NCBI GenBank assembly: GCA_002269645.1
Contig: NIVC01001747.1
Location: 151,489-215,488 of the forward strand
Source of the DNA: Macrostomum lignano
Taxonomy: Eukaryota
DNA: 64,000 nucleotides
Direction: 5' to 3'
This document shows, in pieces, positions 55,747-64,000 of the stretch; within the stretch, counting starts at the first letter, position 1; each line of letters opens with the position of its first letter. The translations under genes were made by a program, and so were the position numbers. The notes under the pieces are model-generated. The model made no database searches, was not told where the DNA came from, and saw nothing but the letters and a program-made list of their open reading frames with translations.

Positions 55747-56339
55747 TATGGGGCCTACTTATATATTCAGGCATAGTAAAGCATAGTCTGGGTATGCGGT
55801 TAAATGCAGAATCTGTAGCGGAATCATAAGGGAATAGCACAGTAAAATGCAAAATACATAGCAGAATGGTAAAATGCAGAATCAACTGCAGAATATAATA
55901 TCTTGAAGTTAAATACAAAATATAAGAATCAAAAAATGTAATTTAAAATATATATAGCTTTGCCAGCCTACAGCAATGTAACTTAGTAATTGTATAAAAA
56001 AGATATGTAAAGAAATTTTAGTATGATTCTATATTAAGCATAAGGCAAACTGAACTAAAAATAGCAGCATCTATTAGACTTTACTCATAATGGTAATATA
56101 GGTTCTCTTGTGAATAATAGGCCCTATGGCTAATTAGTGTTGAAAATTATTATCATAATTTTCTCTCTAGTAGTTTAGTACAATTTTGAAAGCTTTTATA
56201 AGATTATATATAATAGATCATAATGCACTTCAGCTACTTTGCATTTGCATTTTAGTTAAAGTTAGTGGATTCCATTGCTCATTCTATATTTTACTATTTT
56301 GCTATGGATTCCACATTTTATTGGGTGCCTATAGGCCTA

Positions 56340-57660
56340 GTCCAGATCATGCTGGGTTCATGCCCAGACAAAAACAGAATAATTATAAATGCACGCCAAA
56401 AAAAATTGAATGCATGCCCATTCTCAAAAATATGCCAATGTTGCAACAATTAAATGACCTTATTTACTTTGTGACAATAAATGACCTTTTTAAATTGTAT
56501 AATAAACCTTTATTAGCAAATAATTTGGTTGATGTTTTTGCTTCTTTGGCAATTTTATTTATAGCAAAAAATTGATATCTGCAAAGATTTGTTTAAATGC
56601 TTTTTATAAGCTTAAAAAAACTGGAAAGCTTAAAATGTATGCTTAAAAATTAACTTCTTTCATTTTTTTATACTTTACAATAATTCTTATGTGTGATTCT
56701 ATAATTTGCATGCCAGGTATGCATATATGACACATACTATTTTCTTAGGAGTGATACATGCCAACTGTGCATACCTAATTTTGGCATGCAAGGCCAATGC
56801 ACACTTGAATTTTCAGGTATATGCTACATGATCCAGAGTGTGGTAGTAGAGTCAGAACAAAAGTTGGCAGTTATTTTCATGGCTAAGAAGCCAGTGGGAT
56901 AAGCTATCAATATAACCCAAGTGCCAAATAACATTTTTAGATTGGAAAAGAAGTGTAAAATTTTGTTTTTTTAATCATTTTGCTATAGCCCTATGGCTTA
57001 CTCTAGAAGATCTATAGGGGCCATTCTATATAATTATGGTCGTAACATGACAGGCTATTTTTACTTATAAAATGAAATCTAATAATAGAATATACTAAAC
57101 CAATATTTTGAATAAAGGATTATTTTGCCAAGATTTATTATGCATGCCAAAAGTTGGCACGCATAATTGGTGTGCAAGACTTCTACAAAAATAGTATGCA
57201 TACAATAAATGACTAGTGTGTACTAGTCATCTAGTGTAGTGTAATGTCAACTAGAGTACTAGTCACCTAGTGTGTACCTTTATAGAATCACACAGAAGAG
57301 TTAGTGTTACTTGTAAATGGAAAAAGAATAATTTTAAAAGAAGTTAATTTTTAAGCATTAAATTTCAAGCTTTCCAGTTTTTAAGCTTATAACATAGCAT
57401 TTAAGCAAAGGTTTATGTGTATCACAATTTTCTAGCAAAGATAATATATGCTAGAAAGATAAAAAGCAACCAAATTATCTGCTAAAAAGATTCTTTATGT
57501 GACAAAAAAGGTCATTTACTATCGCAATGCAAAAAAGGTCATTTATTGTCACAGTACCAGCATAGGTTTAAGAATGTACTCGTAGGTATGCACTAAATTT
57601 TTGGCATGCATTTGTAACTATTTATTTTTTGTTGAATTTTACACCAGGCTTGATCTAGAC
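56340..57660. mobile_element. related foldback element / MITE with ~330-bp imperfect TIRs and TA duplication
   Basis: TA-GTCCAGATCA ... TGATCTAGAC-TA; 56340-56680 is the reverse complement of ~57325-57660 (shared GTGACAATAAATGACCTTTT and AAAACTGGAAAGCTT). Confidence 0.8.
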
Positions 57661-58379
57661 TATAGCAAGGAGTTAGTGAAGTTTTTGGCATACTCTTTAT
57701 ATCAGTATGTGCTAAAAATTTTGTGATGCCACAGAGGAATTTTGGGTCTTTAAACATGACATGATATTTTTCATTTTTAACATAATCATTTATAGTAGGC
57801 CTAACATTAATAAGGTAAAATAAGTTAAAGAAAAATAACTTTTTAGGTCATTACAAAATTCAAGCATTTCTAAAAGTGTTGTTTATCTGTACTCTCTTGT
57901 TTAAAAGTTTAGAATTTTATCTGACATTAATTGAACCTTTTGTAGCACACTTGCATATTGTAACATTCTTCCCCTAGTCCACTAGTCTATTGGCACACAC
58001 TAGGTAAATTTGATCCAACCCTCCCATGTGCAGCATAAAGGGCAAAAATATTCTTGCATGCATAATGCATACTTAGAACTATAGGATATGCTCTATATAC
58101 CTAAAATTTTGCCTATTAAAACTGGCATACACTGAACACCTTGACAGTGGGCCAGTGGCAAAAGATGTAGTAACAATGTCAATGTGCATCAGTGTTGGTA
58201 TGCATTTCAAAATGTTAGCATGCATGGTATGCAACTAAAAAATGTTAATGGGCAATCTGTTAGATGGCAATCATTGCTTAACTAACTAGTTTTGATAGAA
58301 AATCACTGTTTATATAAGTTAATTAAAAAGTCATTTAGATAGTCAGGCTGTATACATTCAGTTTTGGAAGGCAATCATT

Positions 58380-58880
58380 TTGCAAACTGAAGTTACACAT
58401 GCTGGAGACTCTAGATGTTGGCCATTGATGCCAACTGAAATGCCAAGTGGGGGCTAAAGCTACACGTTGATGCCAAGGGCTTCTTGTAGCTTTGCAGTAG
58501 ACACAAGCGTCACCTGCGCTCTGGTGTCAAATAGCCACTGACATGACTTGCTGGCAATGCTGAGCAGGGCTGATGATGGCCCACGGTCACCAGTCCTAGA
58601 AGCAATTTTCCAAAGCTAGAGTTAGACAGGCCTCAGTGCGGTGCCCTCTGCCCAAGCAGCGGTAGCAAGTGATCTGGGGCACTGAAGTAGACTGTCGGCC
58701 TGGGCACTGGGTGGCAAAGTCGTCAGGCATTAAGCAGTTGAAGCACTTGCTGCGACCACCTCTTCCTCGACTGCTGCCTCTTCCTTCGCCCTGTTGTCCG
58801 CCGCCCATACCGGATTGCTTTTTGTTGCCGCTATGCTAGCCGTCGCTCCCCTGTTGCCGCTATGCTAGCCGTCGCTCCCC
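58380..58880 (-). mobile_element. LTR-retrotransposon gag-protease remnant
   Basis: Gly/Arg linker, two zinc knuckles (CFNCLMPDDFATQC degenerate; CYRCLGRGHRTEAC intact), then aspartic-protease-like WLFDTRAQVTLVS...VGINGQ in a shifted frame with stops. Confidence 0.8.
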
Positions 58881-58966
58881 TGTTGCCATTGATGCACTTT
58901 GTATCCAGATCTAATTAGCTGCCGAGGCAAAGTTTACTTATACTCGCGCCTTTTACCCACTCTCAG

Positions 58967-59365
58967 TGCCGCCGGCTGGCCCAGACGGACACCTCCATGA
59001 CCCTGAAATCCAGAGAGCATCAGAAATTCTCTCGCATGGCCGAAGTCGATCCCGAAGCTGAATTCTCGCCAGATCATTCTCCAGCCGCTAAAGCCGTTGC
59101 CAGGGCCAACCGTGTCCACCTGACCCTGTCGCATAAGCCGGGCGTGCCGCTGGGAGAAGTTGAAGTTGAGCGGCTTGTCAACGGCATGCTGGTCGCCTCT
59201 GTTCCCACAGAATTCCCGGCCTACCATGTGCAGCTGGCTGTGAAAGCCGGGCCTCGCTACGAAGAGCCCTGGAGCAGCGGAGCCAGTCACGTGACCAGGC
59301 GAATGCTCGGCCTGGCTTCGAAACCGTTTCGATTTGCTGTCAATCAGAATCGGACTCTGCAACAG
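58967..59365 (+). CDS. UQCRC2: UQCRC2 exon 2
   Basis: Acceptor CTCTCAG; RLVNGMLVAS...VKAGPRYEE...GASHVTR (M16 N-terminal region without HxxEH); donor CAG/GTGTGT (phase 0). Confidence 0.9.
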
Positions 59366-59559
59366 GTGTGTTTCAGTCCCCAAGGCTCTCCCCAGCAACA
59401 CCATAATCCCTAATCCCAAATAATCATCCCACAATCCCATGCTTATCAGAAAATTTCATGCTAACCACCTTATTCCTACAGTAATCTCTTCACCATACGC
59501 TAATAATCCTCCTAATCCTATAAAATAATCCCTATTTATTTTCCAAATTCAATAAGCCC

Positions 59560-59930
59560 TAAATGATCCCATAATCCCTAAATAGTCCCCAGATCCCATA
59601 CGATCCCTAAATATCCTCAGATCCCTAAATAATCCCTAAATAATCCTTAGATCCCATAATCCCTAAATAATCCTTAGATCCCATAATCCCTAAATAATCC
59701 TTAGATCCCATAATCCCTAAATAATCCTTAGATCCCATAATCCTTAAATAATCCTCAGATCCCATATAATCCCTAAATCATCCCCAGATCCCATAATCAC
59801 TAAATAATCGCAACATCCCATGATCCCTAAATAATCCCCAAATCCGATAATCCCAAAGTCCCTAACTAATCCCAATATCTGGCAATCCCTATATAGTCCC
59901 CATGTCTCACAATCCCTAAATAATCCCCAA
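59560..59930. repeat. 27-bp intronic repeat (CCCTAAATAATCCTTAGATCCCATAAT)n
   Basis: Direct reading. Confidence 0.88.
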
Positions 59931-59957
59931 ACCCCACTCAAATCCTCACACCCTCAG

Positions 59958-60452
59958 GTGGGCGCCAACGTGGAGTTCCGCGGCCTCCGCGAGCTCAACG
60001 CCTACTCAATGTCGCACTATAAATTCCGAGACGAAGCCGTTGACATCGCCGCCACGGCGTTCGCCTTCGCCAGCACCCAGCCGGCATTCTATCCCTGGGA
60101 GATCAAGCGGAACGCCGAGTTGATTCGGTCCGACCTCGCCCACATCCGCGGCAGCACCGCCTTCCTAGCCGAGCGGTTCCACTCTGTGGCCTACAAAACC
60201 GGCCTGGCCAACTCTCTGTTCTGCCCGGAGCACCGCGTCGGCGAGGTGAACGCCGACGTCTTGGAGGAGTACTTCGCCCAGTTCTACACACCCGACAGGT
60301 TCGCTCTGGTTGGCGTTGGCCTGCCAATGGCCACTATGAAGGATCTGGCTCACAAGCTGTGCTATCTGGAGCCTAAGCAGTTGCCGCAGGCGCCAGCTAG
60401 CCAGTGGCGTGGCGGCGAATGTCGCTACGATAATGGCAATCCTACCGTCCAG
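59958..60452 (+). CDS. UQCRC2: UQCRC2 exon 3
   Basis: Acceptor CCCTCAG; VGANVE..RE...FYPWEI...LAERFHSVAYKTGLANSLFCP...FYTPDRFALVGVG...WRGGECR; donor CAG/GTAAAC; 495 nt. Confidence 0.95.
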
Positions 60453-60519
60453 GTAAACGCGGGTTTATATGTAAATCATTGTGTGTGCTGAGCCATTTCT
60501 TGACCTCTTGACCCCTCTC

Positions 60520-61305
60520 AGTAATTTGTCCTCACTTGTCCTCAGTTGACCTCCAGTAATTTGTCCTCAGTTGACCTCCAGTCATTTGTCCTCAGTTGAC
60601 CTCCAGTCATTTGTCCTCAGTTGACCTCCAGTCATTTGTCCTCAGTTGACCTCCAGTCATTTGTCCTCAGTTGACCTCCAGTCATTTGTCCTCAGTTGAC
60701 CTCCAGTCATTTGTCCTCAGTTGACCTCCAGTTATTTGTCTTCAGTTGACCTCCAGTCATTTGTCCTCAGTTGACCTCCAGTCATTTGTCCTCAGTTGAC
60801 CTCCAGTCATTTGTCTTCAGTTGACCTCCAGTCATTTGTCCTCAGTTGACCTCCAGTTATTTGTCTTCAGTTGACCTCCAGTCATTTGTCCTCAGTTGAC
60901 CTCCAGTCATTTGTCCTCAGTTGACCCCAGTAATTATTTGTCTTCAGTTGACCTCCAGTCATTTGTCCTCAGTTGACCTCCAGTTATTTGTCTTCAGTTG
61001 ACCTCCAGTCATTTGTCCTCAGTTGACCCCAGTAATTATTTGTCCTCAGTTGACCCCAGTAATTATTTGTCCTCAGTTGACCCCAGTAATTATTTGTCCT
61101 CAGTTGACCCCAGTAATTATTTGTCCTCAGTTGACCCCAGTAATTATTTGTCCTCAGTTGACCCCAGTAATTATTTGTCCTCAGTTGACCCCAGTAATTA
61201 TTTGTCCTCAGTTGACCCCAGTAATTATTTGTCCTCAGTTGACCCCAGTAATTATTTGTCCTCAGTTGACCCCAGTAATTATTTGTCCTCAGTTGACCCC
61301 CAACC
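60520..61305. repeat. intronic minisatellite: 25-bp (TCAGTTGACCTCCAGTCATTTGTCC) switching to 27-bp (TCAGTTGACCCCAGTAATTATTTGTCC)
   Basis: Direct reading. Confidence 0.96.
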
Positions 61306-61324
61306 CCATCGCCATCCCCACCAG

Positions 61325-61909
61325 ATGCTAATCGGTGTCGAAGGCCGGCCCCTGGGCAGCGCGGACTCCGCGGCCCAGACGGTGCTGACCGCCCTGCTGT
61401 GTGGCGGGCCCGGCCTGCTGTGGGACTCTGGCCGGCTGTCACCGATTGGCGCCGCCGCCGCCTCGGCCGTGAAGTCCTCCGCGCCATGCGCCGTCAGCGG
61501 CGTGAACCTGCAGTATTCGGACTCTGGCGTGCTCGGCTTTCACATTATCTGCGGCTACGAGGACGCTGGATCGGTTGCCAAGGCGGTTGCCGGGGCCTTC
61601 CGCCAGTTGGCCAGGTCGGGCGTGGCCGAAGCCGACGTGAACTCGGCCAAAGCGGTGGCCGGCCGCCTGGCCGCAGAGGCAAAGCTGCAGCCGCAGGACC
61701 GCCTGACCGAACTGGCCAACCGCCTGCTGCACTCCCAGCCCGGCCCCGATGGAATTCCGGTTGTTGACGACGCCACTGACGAGTCTGCCATCGCCAAGGT
61801 GACCGCCGAGCAGGTGAATCAGCTGCTCAAATCTCTGCTCAAATCCTCGCCCGCCATGGCCAGCATGGGCAGGTTGGACACGGTGCCGTTCAAGGACGAA
61901 CTGTTCTGA
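61325..61909 (+). CDS. UQCRC2: UQCRC2 exon 4 (last)
   Basis: Acceptor CCACCAG; NLQYSDSGVLGF...VNSAK...PAMASMGRLDTVPFKDELF* matches the core-2 C-terminus (GNLGHTPFVDEL type); spliced total ~513 aa. Confidence 0.95.
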   Translation: MLIGVEGRPLGSADSAAQTVLTALLCGGPGLLWDSGRLSPIGAAAASAVKSSAPCAVSGVNLQYSDSGVLGFHIICGYEDAGSVAKAVAGAFRQLARSGVAEADVNSAKAVAGRLAAEAKLQPQDRLTELANRLLHSQPGPDGIPVVDDATDESAIAKVTAEQVNQLLKSLLKSSPAMASMGRLDTVPFKDELF

Positions 61910-62439
61910 TTTCAGCAACTGGATTGGAAACCCAATAAGGGGTTGTCGTCTGTTTTTAATTTGAACTTGGGAAATGATTGATTTAAATTCAGCGCGTGAC
62001 AACAACTGCAACTTTAGCCCTATAAATAATATTAATTAGAAGCGCTTACTATACTACTACTACTCTGATTACTACATTTAGTAACTAGACAACAAGAAGG
62101 CAAAAACTCTATAGATCTGAACACTTTCCTCCTGTTTGTGTTGTTTTTTTTTCATTCTCAGTTTGTGACTGACAGCTAACGAACTGAACTACCTTAATTG
62201 TTAGAAAGATATGATAAAAAATAGTTAATTATATTTACAACAAAATACACACACTGCGAAGACAAATGTCCTGCTTAAAAATAAAATATGGATTTTGTGT
62301 CTGTTTGTTTGTTTGAAAAACCTGGATAGAACTGGAAGAGCACAAAAATAGGCAAAAATACCTGCAAAATAAAATAATCGCGCGGCGCATCTGAAAGCTG
62401 CGTACGTACGGCTGTTCAGTCCAAGGATGTCTTACTCAA

Positions 62440-63330
62440 AGGAACTCCTGCTAAAATGATCTTAAAAAACAACACTGAGAGTAGAGCAGGTGCTCAACAA
62501 GATGCAGGCAGGTTTCAGAAAAGGACCGCTGTAACACAACAGCAAATTAACAACAACTGCAACTATTGTGTACGAAAAGGCTATAGACATCACCAAAAGA
62601 TCATCTACAAAAAGAGCTTTGGCGAACAATGAAAAAGTACAACATCGGAGAAGGCACCACAAGAGTATTAATTAGGCGACTGTATGAAGAAGCTAAGACC
62701 AAGGTCCAAGGATGTATCATAGGTCGGAATGGACATCTCACGAAAGTTTTGCATAGAAGTCATGAGAGAAAAGAGCAGGGAATGGTGAAGACAAAGTCAG
62801 ACTAGGAATTGTGATTAGAGTGATTAGAGTGGTTTGAAGAATCGCCTCAAAATCACAATTGAAGGCGGTCACATATGGGCGACACTGCTCTGTGGGTGTC
62901 AGAGCTCGACTCTAGGGAAGAAAATGATGGAGACACTCAGGGTTTCTAAGGAATGCTAAGGATTTCATGGAAAGAGAAAATAAAATTCCTGCCTGGCCTT
63001 GGGGAAAAGTAAAGGATGAGGTATTGGGAATTAGGAACCAGAATCTATGGAGGAGATCATCAAGCGGAGAAAGCTCAAATATTACGGACAACAGACGAGG
63101 AGGAGAGCCATGGCAAATGTCTGCGTTCAACGAGAAATTGAAGGTGAAAGAAGAAGAGGAAGACCGAAAAGGTAGTGGGGAATCAAGATGCCCACTGAAA
63201 GAATGGACCGGATGGACAATGCAGAGCTGGTAAGAAGAGCAGGGAAAGACAGGCAGTGGTGGCGGAAGCTGGTGCATGAATGAGTGCGCCGACGGCCATG
63301 ACTGCTACGGTAGAGAAGAAGAAGAAGACT
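62440..63330 (+). mobile_element. RTE-clade LINE, 5'-truncated and internally deleted
   Basis: Frameshifted remnants QAGFRKG, LIRRLYEE, RMLRISWKEK, IKRRKLKYYG, EGERRRGRPKR and DRQWWRKLV, ending in a (GAA)n tail at ~63315-63327. Confidence 0.88.
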
Positions 63331-63870
63331 GGTTTTACCAGTTTTACCGGTGTTCTACCGGTTCTACTGGTTCTACCGATGTTCTACCGGTTCTTACCTG
63401 TGTTCTTCCGTTCTTACCTGTGTTCTACCGGTTTCACTTATGTTCTACCTGTGTTCTACCGATTTTACTTGTGTTCTACTGGTTCTACCTACTTTCTACC
63501 GGTTCTACCTGTGTTCTACCGGTTTTAGCAGTGTTCTACCGGTTCTACCTGTGTTCTACCGGTTCTACATGCTTTCTACCGGTTCTACCTGTGTTCTACC
63601 GGTTTTAGCAGTGTTCTACCGGTTCTACCTGCTTTCTACCGGTTCTACCTGTGTTCTACGGTTCTAACTGCTTTTTACCGGTTCAACCCGTGTTCTACCG
63701 GTTTTATCAGTGTTCTACCGTTTTTACCTGTGTTCTACCGATTTTACTTGTGTTCTACTGGTTCTACCTGCTTTCTACCCGTTCTACCTGTGTTCTACCG
63801 GTTCTAACTGTTCTACTGGTTTCTACCGATTCTACATGCGGTCTACCACGGTTTCACAGGTTCTAAATTT
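63330..63870. repeat. 9/11-bp alternating minisatellite (GTTCTACCG / GTTCTACCTGT)
   Basis: Direct reading; starts right at the LINE tail. Confidence 0.9.
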
Positions 63871-64000
63871 GTTCTACCAGCACGAAATACTAATTGCAAA
63901 CAAAAACTATTTACTTCCGAGTCTTAAAGGTGCTTGCATACGAGCGTACATGTACTTACACTCGTATTTGTAGCTGTTTATTTAGTAAACTAATAGTTAC

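Noticed and set aside
60998-61324. N-terminal LSSVDPSNY repeats of the 303-aa ORF
   Set aside because: Intronic 27-bp repeat that happens to be in frame; the real exon starts at 61325

Overview
Eukaryotic (animal) genomic DNA. Roughly half of it is tandem repeat; GC-rich exons sit in introns stuffed with minisatellites. This style is consistent with a free-living flatworm such as Macrostomum, but that is an inference, not a proof. Left part (1-47 kb): about 25 different micro/minisatellite arrays, including a 13.9-kb 15-mer array with higher-order structure. They surround minus-strand exons for two signal-peptide-bearing ANF-receptor-type (natriuretic peptide receptor / receptor guanylyl cyclase-like) ectodomains, plus a possible third, disabled segment. 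No transmembrane, kinase-homology or cyclase exon is recognisable in the window. Right part: Rab5 (minus) and UQCRC2 (complex III core protein 2, plus; a 63-bp first exon missed by the ORF track is proposed) are arranged head-to-head. Their long first introns are strongly CpG-depleted and full of transposon relics (mariner, Mutator with 9-bp TSD, TA-flanked MITEs, an LTR gag-protease remnant), while the shared promoter region keeps its CpGs. An RTE-type LINE fragment lies at the right end. Best leads: (1) two ectodomain cassettes with separate promoters end in phase-matched donors at the homologous position, which may indicate variable first exons splicing to shared constant exons; (2) a clear mutational footprint of gene-body CpG methylation. 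Nearly all long ORFs in the supplied track are repeat artefacts. Counts were made by eye and are approximate.
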